DNA of 64,000 nt from a virus (Duplodnaviria; Heunggongvirae; Uroviricota; Caudoviricetes): IMG/VR virus record IMGVR_UViG_3300000553_000006, positions 64,001 to 128,000 of that record. One strand, given 5' to 3'. The notes beneath the pieces were generated by a model. It saw only the letters and a program-made list of their open reading frames with translations. It was not told the DNA's origin and searched no databases. Positions 7,390 to 16,311 of the stretch are shown one piece after another. Position 1 is the stretch's first letter; each line of letters opens with the position of its first letter. The position numbers and the translations under genes were made by a program.

Positions 7390-8446
7390 CCAGTTCCTCA
7401 TAAACTTGCTTCAGATCTTCATCACTGATCAGATTATCTCCAGCAAGCATGTACTTTTCTTCAATGTATGCACGGAACAAAGTATCTGTCAGAATTGGAA
7501 GCCAGAAGTCTTTACTGTAAGTATCAGCCTTACGGTAGTTTTTATCATAAACCTCACCTGTATTCATGTCAACCCTTTGATACCATCCATTTTTAGGCTT
7601 AATTACGTAACCAGACTCAAGTGCTACGTCAAGCAATCCTGACCATGTACTGATACCACCTTCAAACTTTACTTCAATCGGAATCTTTGACTTTTCCTTT
7701 ACGTAGCGTGACTTCTCTACGTTGATGATGAAGTTGTAACCAGTAAGTTCAGTACCATCCTTTTCTTGTTGTCGACCAATAATGAAAATGTTATCAGCTG
7801 ACAAATAAGGACCAGAACCACCAGATACGATAGCCTTCGGGAACATACCTTGTTCCATGTAGATGTGATTTACAACTACCATCGGAATATCCTTGATGGT
7901 CAGGTGTGGAGTAATAATACGGAACAATGACTTGATTTGCTTTGCTCTTGACATGTCTTGAGCAGAGTTACCAGACAGAGCGTCGTCAGCTTCCTTTTTA
8001 GAAGCAAGGTTGCCGAGTGAGTCGAGCATGATGATAACCTTGTCACCGCGCTTGATTTCTTCAAGTTGTTGAACGATGTCGAACTTGAGTTCTTCCATGT
8101 TAAGAACAGGAGTGTGAATTACACGTGAAGTATCAATACCAAGTGACGCGAAATACTTCTTACCAGCACCAAACTCAGAGTCATAGAACAGACATACAGC
8201 ATCTGGATACTTTTCTAGATACGCCTTAACAGCAATCAAACAAAACAGTGTCTTGAAGTGCTTGCTTGGTCCACACCACAGAGTCAGACCTGGTGACAAA
8301 CCACCATCTAAACTTGCTGAGTGAGCAACATTCAACATAGGGATTGGAAGTTGAACCATATCCTTCTTGTTGAAGAACTCCGAATCAGAAAGAATATCAG
8401 CGATCTTAATTGTTGATTTCTTTAGTAGTCGTTCCTTCAAACTCAT
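7376..8446 (-). CDS. uvsX: RecA-like recombinase UvsX
   Basis: GPSKHFKT, FYDSEFG, DSLGNLASKKE, SGGSGPYLSAD, EKSRYVKEKSKIP. Confidence 0.97.
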   Translation of the reverse strand: MSLKERLLKKSTIKIADILSDSEFFNKKDMVQLPIPMLNVAHSASLDGGLSPGLTLWCGPSKHFKTLFCLIAVKAYLEKYPDAVCLFYDSEFGAGKKYFASLGIDTSRVIHTPVLNMEELKFDIVQQLEEIKRGDKVIIMLDSLGNLASKKEADDALSGNSAQDMSRAKQIKSLFRIITPHLTIKDIPMVVVNHIYMEQGMFPKAIVSGGSGPYLSADNIFIIGRQQEKDGTELTGYNFIINVEKSRYVKEKSKIPIEVKFEGGISTWSGLLDVALESGYVIKPKNGWYQRVDMNTGEVYDKNYRKADTYSKDFWLPILTDTLFRAYIEEKYMLAGDNLISDEDLKQVYEELDEDA

Positions 8447-8712
8447 TTCTTTTTCTCCAGTTCGTCAATTTCTGCAATGAATTGGTCGATCCGTTCTTTA
8501 CGATTGGGCCAAACAATTGTGTCTTTTTCAGGGGATTTCGATAGATTATTCAGCAGTGGAAGGATCATTCCTTTAAGCTGAAAGAATTTGTTCTCCCAGC
8601 TCTCACTAGCCTTTGTTTTTGCTTGCTTTTTTGGCTTGATTTCTTCTGGTTTCGGATCAGGCTGACTGTCAGTAAATCCGAAATCATAGTCAGGTATCTG
8701 CATTACATCCAA
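8443..8712 (-). CDS. Hypothetical protein between uvsX and gp43
   Basis: DYDFGFT...ILPLLNNLSKSPEKDTIVWPNR; overlaps the uvsX start. Confidence 0.7.
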   Translation of the reverse strand: MDVMQIPDYDFGFTDSQPDPKPEEIKPKKQAKTKASESWENKFFQLKGMILPLLNNLSKSPEKDTIVWPNRKERIDQFIAEIDELEKKK

Positions 8713-8858
8713 TCCTTTATTGGTCGTATTCTCCAGCCTACTTTCTTGACGATAAAGTTCTTAGAAACACCGAAGCGTTCCATCACCCACCGAGGAGAAA
8801 ATCCGAGCTCTAACGCCGCGCGGACCATTCTCTTCAGTATATCGTCGTAGCTAGTCAT
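8703..8858 (-). CDS. Small hypothetical protein (51 aa)
   Basis: MTSYDDILKRMVRAALELGFSPRWVMERFGVS...; overlaps the gp43 stop and fills the gap. Confidence 0.4.
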   Translation of the reverse strand: MTSYDDILKRMVRAALELGFSPRWVMERFGVSKNFIVKKVGWRIRPIKDWM

Positions 8859-11331
8859 CAAAGAAACTTTCTAGTGTGTTAACATATTCAGTCTTCCACC
8901 CAATAGTTCCAGTGATAATCTTCAGTGGGTCCAGGAAGGATTTGTCAAATTGCAAGTCATAATCTATATATTGGTCGATTCCAAGAGCTTTTGGAAGGCT
9001 GTGAACAACTGAGATGATGTTCTCTTTTACTGGGTTTGGTAGCTTCAGATAACAGAACTTGATCTTCTCACCTTCCATTACTGGAGGATAACGCTTGTCA
9101 AGACCACGAGTCTTAAGTAGATGGTTGTAAACAAGAGCACCACGCACGTGAATTGGAGTTCCAGAAGCATAGATGTTCGAAGCACTTGAGAATTTCGCAA
9201 GATTATTACACCCACGAGGGAAAGCAATATCTTCGAATGGAAGTGTTCTAAACTCTTCTCGGAACTTTGAGATAAATTCCATCAATGTTTCTTCATCACC
9301 GTTCATGATAATGTTGAGAGCTTGCTTGATCTTGTTTCGGCAAGCAGATGGAGTTGATGACTTAACTGCTTCAATACCCATCATCTTCAATTCAGGAGAC
9401 TTGTAACGAACACCTTCGTTGTCCCACACGTTCAGAATGTAACGCTTCTTCGCAGTCCAGATACCCTTGTCAGCAATAGACTCACGCTTCATTTCCAAGA
9501 AGTTGGTGTAAGAATTTGTAATTTGAGCAAACTGAACAAAAAGTTTGTCAATATGTGGACCAAGTTTTTCTTTACATACAGTATCAACAAAATTAATCTT
9601 ATCTTCCATAGATCTATTCTTCATGTACATATTGACAAAAGATCCTAGTTTCAGATAGTTTGAGTCAGTATCTACTGCAATTACATAATCAGCCTTGGTC
9701 TTAAGAAGGTAATTCAAGTATCTATTCATACCTGTTTCAATATAACGAATGGCATACTGACCAGACAAAGTAATTGCTTCAGCAAAGTCAACAGAATACC
9801 AACGGCAGTAAGCATTTCCGATAGCGCCGTAAAGGCTGTTCAGCTGGATCTTACGAGCCATCTGCATGTTATTGTATCGGGCAATCAGATTCTTGTTTTC
9901 TTTACTTGGATTTTCTTGATACGCCTTCTTGGCTTCAATCATAAGCTTCTTATAACGCTTACGATCTTCCATCATTGTTTCAACAATCTCTGGGAACAAA
10001 CCCTTCTTAGTCTTGTCCCATAGAGTACCGTTCGCAGCATAGGTCACATCGTAACCAAAACTACGATCAACATTTACATTATCAAGTAAATCATCTACGC
10101 TTGGATACGGGATCTTACCTCTATACGTTTCTGGAGACAGATTATATTGTACAATCAGAGACGGATACAGAGAAGTAACGTCAAATGATACTACCCATTC
10201 ATGCAGACCAACTTGAGGATCTTTAACATACGCACCAGCATATTGGTCGTTCTTGTTTGATACCTTGAGTTGTGGAATCACAAGCTTACGATCAAGCATG
10301 TAGTTGTGAATGATGGTATCCCAAAGTCGAACAGAAGTAAACACATCTTCTAGATTGATCTTGGCGTCATACGCAATAGTAAACGCCTGATCAAGCAGGT
10401 TCATTTTCTCGTCTAGTTTATCAACGAGCTCAACGTCGCGGATGTTATACTCAATGAATTTCTGAAAGTCTCTTTTGTACAGATCGAATAGATTGTCGTA
10501 TTCAGAATAATCCAACTTCTTTTCACCAATTTCGACAAAGCAGATATGGTCAAGACGGTATGACTCCTGTTGAGAATACGTGAACTTCTTGTACAGTTGT
10601 TGATAATCTAGAGTAACAATACCCATTGGAGTATAGGATTGTTGCTCACGACCGAAGATCTCAATGTTATGCTCGTTCAGAATTCTCCATGGAGAGAGAA
10701 GCTTTGCGAATTCTTCTCCAAGAACAAGACGAATTCGATTTACCAGATACGGAATATCGAAGAACTCAATGTTCCATCCAGTAATAACATCAAGGTCAAA
10801 TGCTTCCCATGACTTCAGAAACTTCAGTAGAAGTTCTTCTTCGTTCTTACAACGGAAGTACATAATGCGTTCATCATTGTGTGTAAATTCGCCGCATCCA
10901 AATACATGGATTCGGTTACCACACTTCAATGTGATAGCTGTTACTTCACGGTTGGCAAGCTTAATGTCAGGGAACCCGCCTTCAGAATCAACTTCGATGT
11001 CAAGTGTACCGATGTTGATCTTTTCTTTTTCGTAGATGATTTCGCCTGGATAATAGTCGTTGATGAAAGCATAGACGAACTTGTCAAGACCATAAATCTC
11101 AAAGTTGCTTACGTCAGAATACTTCTTCAGAAAGTCTTTACCTTCTGAGATATTCTCAAACGTAATCTTTTCAACTGGTGTTCCGTCTAACGTATGGTAT
11201 TCACTTTCCTTCTTGGACGGAACGAACAAGTAAGGCTCGTATTGAATTTTTCTATTGATTCTTCTTCCGTTATCGTAACCCCGAAGGTAAATGTTATTTC
11301 CCCTCTGAATTGCGCTCGTGTAAAATTTCAT
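8851..11331 (-). CDS. 43: Family B DNA polymerase (T4 gp43-like)
   Basis: Exo DIEVD; SFDVTSLYPSLI; KIQLNSLYG; DTDS; KKRY; C-terminal NTLESFFDD. Confidence 0.98.
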   Translation of the reverse strand: MKFYTSAIQRGNNIYLRGYDNGRRINRKIQYEPYLFVPSKKESEYHTLDGTPVEKITFENISEGKDFLKKYSDVSNFEIYGLDKFVYAFINDYYPGEIIYEKEKINIGTLDIEVDSEGGFPDIKLANREVTAITLKCGNRIHVFGCGEFTHNDERIMYFRCKNEEELLLKFLKSWEAFDLDVITGWNIEFFDIPYLVNRIRLVLGEEFAKLLSPWRILNEHNIEIFGREQQSYTPMGIVTLDYQQLYKKFTYSQQESYRLDHICFVEIGEKKLDYSEYDNLFDLYKRDFQKFIEYNIRDVELVDKLDEKMNLLDQAFTIAYDAKINLEDVFTSVRLWDTIIHNYMLDRKLVIPQLKVSNKNDQYAGAYVKDPQVGLHEWVVSFDVTSLYPSLIVQYNLSPETYRGKIPYPSVDDLLDNVNVDRSFGYDVTYAANGTLWDKTKKGLFPEIVETMMEDRKRYKKLMIEAKKAYQENPSKENKNLIARYNNMQMARKIQLNSLYGAIGNAYCRWYSVDFAEAITLSGQYAIRYIETGMNRYLNYLLKTKADYVIAVDTDSNYLKLGSFVNMYMKNRSMEDKINFVDTVCKEKLGPHIDKLFVQFAQITNSYTNFLEMKRESIADKGIWTAKKRYILNVWDNEGVRYKSPELKMMGIEAVKSSTPSACRNKIKQALNIIMNGDEETLMEFISKFREEFRTLPFEDIAFPRGCNNLAKFSSASNIYASGTPIHVRGALVYNHLLKTRGLDKRYPPVMEGEKIKFCYLKLPNPVKENIISVVHSLPKALGIDQYIDYDLQFDKSFLDPLKIITGTIGWKTEYVNTLESFFDD

Positions 11332-11356
11332 ACTGATACTCCGTTTGTATTCAGTA

Positions 11357-11385
11357 ACTATACCTCAAGTCTGATAAATTGTAAA
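11357..11385 (-). promoter_or_regulatory. Sigma70-type promoter for gp43
   Basis: TTTACA-17 nt-TATAGT upstream of the GGAG and start. Confidence 0.6.
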
Positions 11386-11393
11386 GTGTTTTG

Positions 11394-12005
11394 TTAGTCA
11401 ATAACCAGCTTTGCGCTGTTATAATACAATGTTCTTGTATTCAGTCCATTGTATCCACCATTTACATGGTAGGTAACATCTTTGATGTTGTCTGCATCAG
11501 CAAATCTATTGATGCCATTTGCATGCCAATACCACCCAGCGGAACGTGTAGCTCCTTCAGGTGTTGACAAATAAGTCTTAAGCTCATCTAATGACTTGTT
11601 GATAGCTCTTGACAATGCAGTGTAGTTGGTTCTACCTGTAATTTGAATTAGACCACGTCCTCTAAACGCCCATCCGTCACCAGATGCTTCATCACCATTT
11701 CCGCCACGCTCTGCATACGCATGATTAGCAATCTTTTCAGGATTGCGAGCGTAGTTACTTACATTATACTTGTTGAAGTGGCTTGGCCAAGTTTTCAGTA
11801 AACCATCAGCAGAGTAATTGAGATTCTCTACTGTTCTTGAAAAGAGCGCAGATTCTACACCAACCGTAGCCAAGAAAGCGCACTTACGAAGCTTGGTGTT
11901 GATCTCAAACTCAGAGAATGCATTCTCTAAGAATGGAATGTAAATACCAAAGTTAGTGCTTCTAGCCCCATAGGTCTTTTCTAGTTGGTCTACTGTCAGT
12001 GTCAT
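11394..12005 (-). CDS. GH19 chitinase-like endolysin
   Basis: AFLATVGVES, ENLNYS, FRGRGLIQITGRTNY, VNGGYNGL. Confidence 0.9.
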   Translation of the reverse strand: MTLTVDQLEKTYGARSTNFGIYIPFLENAFSEFEINTKLRKCAFLATVGVESALFSRTVENLNYSADGLLKTWPSHFNKYNVSNYARNPEKIANHAYAERGGNGDEASGDGWAFRGRGLIQITGRTNYTALSRAINKSLDELKTYLSTPEGATRSAGWYWHANGINRFADADNIKDVTYHVNGGYNGLNTRTLYYNSAKLVID

Positions 12006-12405
12006 TTTCTGCGATTCTCTTTCTCAATTCAGAGGAACTGAAGGAGTGGTTCCTTGATATATAGTGAATAGGGACAAGAGATGAGGCAGTAATAAGAGAT
12101 TCTTTGCCTGCATAATCTGATCCGAGGAAACGAACATTGATGTCTCGAGTTTTAAGTATGTTGATGAGATCGTTTTCAGTCTCGTAGACTATAATCTCAT
12201 CAACATACTTGCATCCTTCTAACTGAGTATAGCGTTCGTAGATTGATTGTATTGGCTTGTTTTTACTATCACGTTCAATACGTGGATTCACATGCAGACC
12301 AACAATAAGATGATCGCATACCTTCTTGGCTTCTTTTAGGAATAGAACGTGTCCAGTGTGGAATAGATCCCATGCGCTCGCAGTGAATCCTACAACCTTT
12401 TCCAC
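11962..12405 (-). CDS. Cytidylyltransferase-like protein (TagD / glycerol-3-phosphate cytidylyltransferase family)
   Basis: DLFHTGH (HxGH), LIVGLH, KPIQSIYER, CKYVDEI, SSSELR. Start uncertain: GTG at 12405 after GGAG, or ATG at 12447. Confidence 0.85.
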   Translation of the reverse strand: MEKVVGFTASAWDLFHTGHVLFLKEAKKVCDHLIVGLHVNPRIERDSKNKPIQSIYERYTQLEGCKYVDEIIVYETENDLINILKTRDINVRFLGSDYAGKESLITASSLVPIHYISRNHSFSSSELRKRIAENDTDSRPTRKDLWG

Positions 12406-12566
12406 TTGCTCCCGAGGGTAATAGTAGTCCACATTCGTCTTGACCATGGTACATCTTCCATAAAATACAGCATTAGATCTTTGTCTGGGAACATCTTACA
12501 TTCCCACTTGGGTTTGGGCTGGGCAGCAACGTACCCAGCCCTCTCATCCCATTTTAGTTCTGACAT
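12390..12566 (-). CDS. Small hypothetical protein (58 aa)
   Basis: MSELKWDERAGY...; TAATG coupling with the regA stop. Confidence 0.45.
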   Translation of the reverse strand: MSELKWDERAGYVAAQPKPKWECKMFPDKDLMLYFMEDVPWSRRMWTTITLGSKWKRL

Positions 12567-12970
12567 TACCTTTTCCCGATAGAGTATTTGGGTATTAGCT
12601 TCCAGTCATCCTTCTCTTTGTGGGCAACGATCTTGATTTGACTCATGGGTGCAGTTGGGCTGGAAGTTGACTTCGAATCAACAATAGTTACTAGACCCCA
12701 CTCGGCAAGAAGATTAGCAATAGTATTTCTACGAGCAATATCACTTTCGGAAAAATCGGTTGGCTTACCGTCCAGAACAAACATTTGCTTAAAGTGGACA
12801 ATGTAATACTTGTTCTTCTTGTGCAAAATGTGACAAGATTGATAAAGGATTTTCTCTTTTCTGGAAGCAACGCCGATTCGTGTAAGCGTTTCCTTGACTT
12901 TAAGAAAGTCATCTGGCTTTGCCAGCTTAACTTCGACCATCGATTCTAAAATATCACTCATTACTATCAC
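12566..12970 (-). CDS. regA: Translational repressor RegA
   Basis: DFLKVKETLTRIGVAS...LYQSCHILHK...YYIVHFK...LDGK. Confidence 0.95.
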   Translation of the reverse strand: MIVMSDILESMVEVKLAKPDDFLKVKETLTRIGVASRKEKILYQSCHILHKKNKYYIVHFKQMFVLDGKPTDFSESDIARRNTIANLLAEWGLVTIVDSKSTSSPTAPMSQIKIVAHKEKDDWKLIPKYSIGKR

Positions 12971-13359
12971 CTTTGTTCTTGTTTCTTCTTCAATAATTTG
13001 ACTTGTGCGTCAGTGAGAATGGCAAGAGCAGCTTCAGCCTTTACAGTGTTATATCCATAAGCCTGTTTTACTATCTCAAGGTCACTCACACCTTTTTCTT
13101 TCTTGTACCAGGGAGTGTAGGGTCGTTTCCACTTCCTTACACTATTTATGAGGTACTCGAATTGCATCAAATTATCAAGACCATGAAACAAATTCATGTT
13201 GTTTGAATCCATTACCGTGTCAATATTATACGATAATGCTTTGTTTACAATAAACGGATTATACTCTTGTTCTTCAACTTCAGGTATCTCTCCGTTGCGA
13301 ATGATATTCTTCCCGTCTTGAAGAATATCCTTTACATACTCAAAAGGGTTTGTTGACAT
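12967..13359 (-). CDS. 62: Clamp loader small subunit (gp62)
   Basis: YNPFIVNKALSY, QFEYLINSVRK, YGYNTVKA; start moved to MSTNPF after GGAG. Confidence 0.9.
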   Translation of the reverse strand: MSTNPFEYVKDILQDGKNIIRNGEIPEVEEQEYNPFIVNKALSYNIDTVMDSNNMNLFHGLDNLMQFEYLINSVRKWKRPYTPWYKKEKGVSDLEIVKQAYGYNTVKAEAALAILTDAQVKLLKKKQEQR

Positions 13360-13370
13360 AAACTCTCCAT

Positions 13371-13437
13371 TATAAATAAACGTAGGTCGCGAGGGTGAGA
13401 GCTCCACCTACACTAGTCCCTGAAGGAGAACCAGCAC
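13371..13437 (+). promoter_or_regulatory. Late promoter TATAAATA, leader hairpin (13382-13411) and Shine-Dalgarno of the NUMOD3 gene
   Basis: TATAAATA; GTAGGT-CGC-GAG...CTC-C-ACCTAC; AAGGAG...CAGCACATG. Confidence 0.7.
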
Positions 13438-13938
13438 ATGACTATTTATTGTCCAATCGCCGAAGCATTAGGTGTGACTCCCCAAGAAATTGACTATGTC
13501 AATGGTTGGGAAGGAAGAATTGTACATACGCATATTCATTGTAACTTCAATCTTGGATTAAAAAGATCTGAAGAAGCAAAACGAAATATGAGTTTAGCAC
13601 AAATCAATTCCAAAAATCACTCTACTAGAAATAAGAAAAGACCAGATTTTGCTAAAAGAATGAAAGGTGAAAACAATCCTTTCTTCAATAAGTCTCATAC
13701 TGCTGAAACTAAATCTAAAATGTCAATAGCTGCACAGAATAGATCAGAAGAAGTAAAGAAAAAGTATTCTGACATAGCTAAAAATAGATCTAAAGCATAT
13801 ATTGAGAAATTAAGTAAAACTCAGAAAACTAAACGACATTTTACTGATGGCGTAAACAATCTTTTCATAAATCCAGCAGATGGTATACCTGATGGTTATC
13901 GTCCAGGAAGAACACTTAAGCCCAGAGTGCTCATTTGA
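13438..13938 (+). mobile_element. NUMOD3-repeat homing-endonuclease-like gene with no recognisable catalytic domain
   Basis: GLKRSEEAKRNMS, GENNPFFNKSHTAETKSKMS; antisense insertion between gp44 and gp62; AT-rich. Confidence 0.75.
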
Positions 13939-14890
13939 AAGTACAGTTGATCATGATTTCAGTAAAGCAAGCAACTGCATTGATCTCAGGATTAGCAACG
14001 AACGCATGCTTGAATTGATATTCGCCAGCCGTGATTACAAACTGAGGAATAGACTCTGCTTCAAGAACATCAACAGCGTTGTCATACAACATACGAAGCA
14101 TAGTGTTGAAGTCCATGTCTGAGTTTTGAGCAACCCAGCGACGCATCTTACCAAAGTCCTTATCCTTCAGAGCCTTGATTAGAGCACGGAAAGAGTCGAC
14201 GTTGTGATCAACTAGAATACCAGAGTCAATCTTACCAGTTACAGAGTAACGTTGAAGCTCATTGATAATACGACGGAAGTCTGGGAAGTGTACACCGATC
14301 AACTCGGCAACAGCACCCTTGTCATATTCAATACCTTCAAGAGTAAGAATTTCTTGAATACGCTTGAACAGTTCCATTGCGATCTGTTCTTTGTCCTTCT
14401 TCAGAATCTTGAATTCGATAGGAGGACAACGCGAACGAAGCGGCTCAAGAAGCTTGTTCTTGTAGTTACAAGTCAGAATAAATCCACAGTTTGCAGAGTA
14501 TTCTTCAATGAAGTTACGAAGAGCAGGCTGAACAGATTGAGCGTTTAGGTAATCCGCTTCGTCAAGAATGACGTACTTTCTGCGTCCAGTAAATGATACA
14601 GTAGCCGCAAAGTCTCGGATATGTGTGCGAAGAGTGTCAATGTTTCTCCCTTCAAGTGATCCGTTGATAACAATGTAATCAGCTTCAAGTTCTTCAAGCA
14701 TAGCTTTGGCAACAGTAGTCTTACCTGTACCTGCACCGCCGCTAAGAGTCATGTTTGGAACATCACCTTTAGCGACGAATTGCTTGAAAGTTTCCTTTAG
14801 ATTTTCTGGTAGAATACAGTCATCGATCTTCCTTGGACGATACTTCTCTGACCATAGGAATTCGTTTTGATTAGTATTTAATTCATTCAT
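13931..14890 (-). CDS. 44: Clamp loader large subunit (gp44)
   Basis: LWSEKYRP, GGAGTGKTT, ILDEADYL, LRSRC, FPDFRRIINELQRY. Confidence 0.97.
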   Translation of the reverse strand: MNELNTNQNEFLWSEKYRPRKIDDCILPENLKETFKQFVAKGDVPNMTLSGGAGTGKTTVAKAMLEELEADYIVINGSLEGRNIDTLRTHIRDFAATVSFTGRRKYVILDEADYLNAQSVQPALRNFIEEYSANCGFILTCNYKNKLLEPLRSRCPPIEFKILKKDKEQIAMELFKRIQEILTLEGIEYDKGAVAELIGVHFPDFRRIINELQRYSVTGKIDSGILVDHNVDSFRALIKALKDKDFGKMRRWVAQNSDMDFNTMLRMLYDNAVDVLEAESIPQFVITAGEYQFKHAFVANPEINAVACFTEIMINCTFK

Positions 14891-14905
14891 TATAATACTC
14901 CATGA

Positions 14906-14976
14906 CATAAATAATCATATAATGTGGTTCGCGGAGTACCAGTCCCAACCACTCTATTCTAACGGGAGAACAGCAC
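14906..14976 (+). promoter_or_regulatory. Late promoter CATAAATA, leader hairpin (14924-14952) and Shine-Dalgarno of the GIY-YIG gene
   Basis: GTGGTT-CGC-GGA...TCC-C-AACCAC; GGGAG...CAGCACATG; same architecture as 13371-13437. Confidence 0.7.
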
Positions 14977-15501
14977 ATGTTTACTTATATTCCTTACACT
15001 TACCTCATCGGCTGGACCAACCACAATAAGTGGTATTATGGTGTACGATTTGCTAAGAATTGTTCTCCATCAGAACTGTGGAGAACATATTTCACATCAT
15101 CAACTCATGTAAAAGAATTCAGAAAACAATATGGTGAACCTGATGTAATTGAAATCAGAAAAACCTTTGTTGATTCTCTAAAAGCAAAAACTTGGGAACA
15201 TAAAGTTCTAAAGAAACTCAATGTAATTAATGAAGAGAAATGGCTAAATCAAAACCATAACATGTTTCCATTTAATACTAAGAACAAAGATTATATGAAA
15301 ACGCCTGAATACAAAGAAAAGATGAGGCTTGCTAAACTTGGATCTACACCTTGGAATAAAGGTAAGAAAGGTCTCCAAACACAATCAGCAGAAAGAAGAT
15401 TACAAGTTAGTCAGCAAATGAAAGGAAATACTCATCTTAAAGGATTTAAACATAGTGAAGAAACCAAAAGAAAGATGAGTGAAGCTCACCGAAAATGTTA
15501 G
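14977..15501 (+). mobile_element. GIY-YIG (Seg-like) homing endonuclease with NUMOD3 tail
   Basis: YTYLIGW...WYYGVR...YFTSS...EHKVL; GFKHSEETKRKMS; antisense insertion between gp45 and gp44. Confidence 0.85.
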
Positions 15502-16151
15502 CTTTTGCGAACTTCGGTGGCAATCCAGTATTCACGGTCGTCGTTCTCAAAGTGAGCGAGACCCTTAGAAGATACAGTAACTGTGTAGTCCAGTTGCTGA
15601 ACCTTTAGATTTTCTACCTTGAACACAACTCGGAAGTCTGTGTCCGTGTCACCAAGATCTAGCTTGAAAGTATCACCAGACTTGTTTGAAACGTCCTCGG
15701 CACTCACAGTAATTGTACCGTCGGCACCAGTAATAACCACTTCTGGAACTTGAAGAACAGAAGCAGCGCGGTGAATCTTATTGATTGCTTCACCCTTTAG
15801 AAGAAACGCTGCGTCGGTTGAAGGAAGAACAATATCCTTCTTAGGAGCAGCAACAATAGTGTCGATCGATGCATAATACATCTTCGTCACGTACTTGTTC
15901 TTATCACTGATGACCACATGATCAGACTTGAAGTCAAAATCAGGATCATCCATAATTGATACTACACCAAGAAACTTGGTAAGATTATGAAGAGCAATTT
16001 CCACTGGGAAGTTGTCATCTACTGTAGTCTTAGCCACAATAGTCTTTGAAGGTGAAACGGTCTTAAGTACATTTCCCTTACTAATCGCAATAGATGGATT
16101 GATCGTAGAGAATTCCTTGAGCGCGTTTACAGCCTTGTCACTTAATTTCAT
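15498..16151 (-). CDS. 45: Sliding clamp (gp45)
   Basis: MKLSDKAVNALKEFSTINPSI...FKVENLK...YWIATE; position in the 45-44-62-regA-43 cluster. Confidence 0.93.
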   Translation of the reverse strand: MKLSDKAVNALKEFSTINPSIAISKGNVLKTVSPSKTIVAKTTVDDNFPVEIALHNLTKFLGVVSIMDDPDFDFKSDHVVISDKNKYVTKMYYASIDTIVAAPKKDIVLPSTDAAFLLKGEAINKIHRAASVLQVPEVVITGADGTITVSAEDVSNKSGDTFKLDLGDTDTDFRVVFKVENLKVQQLDYTVTVSSKGLAHFENDDREYWIATEVRKS

Positions 16152-16311
16152 AGTTTAACTCCTTCAACATTAACGAACCATCAGTATAAACCCATTGACC
16201 ATTATTGTCAACTGTTGCGTATACCACTTTATTAATACCTAACATGTGTTGTAATTGCTTCTCATATTTCTTTAGAATACAATACACTTCATGTGCTGTA
16301 TATTTTTGCAT
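16138..16311 (-). CDS. Small hypothetical protein (57 aa)
   Basis: MQKYTAHEVYCILKK...; TAATG coupling with the glycosyltransferase stop. Confidence 0.4.
   Translation of the reverse strand: MQKYTAHEVYCILKKYEKQLQHMLGINKVVYATVDNNGQWVYTDGSLMLKELNYEIK
16183..16211 (-). promoter_or_regulatory. Sigma70-type promoter for gp45
   Basis: TTGACA-17 nt-TATACT upstream of AAGGAG. Confidence 0.7.
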
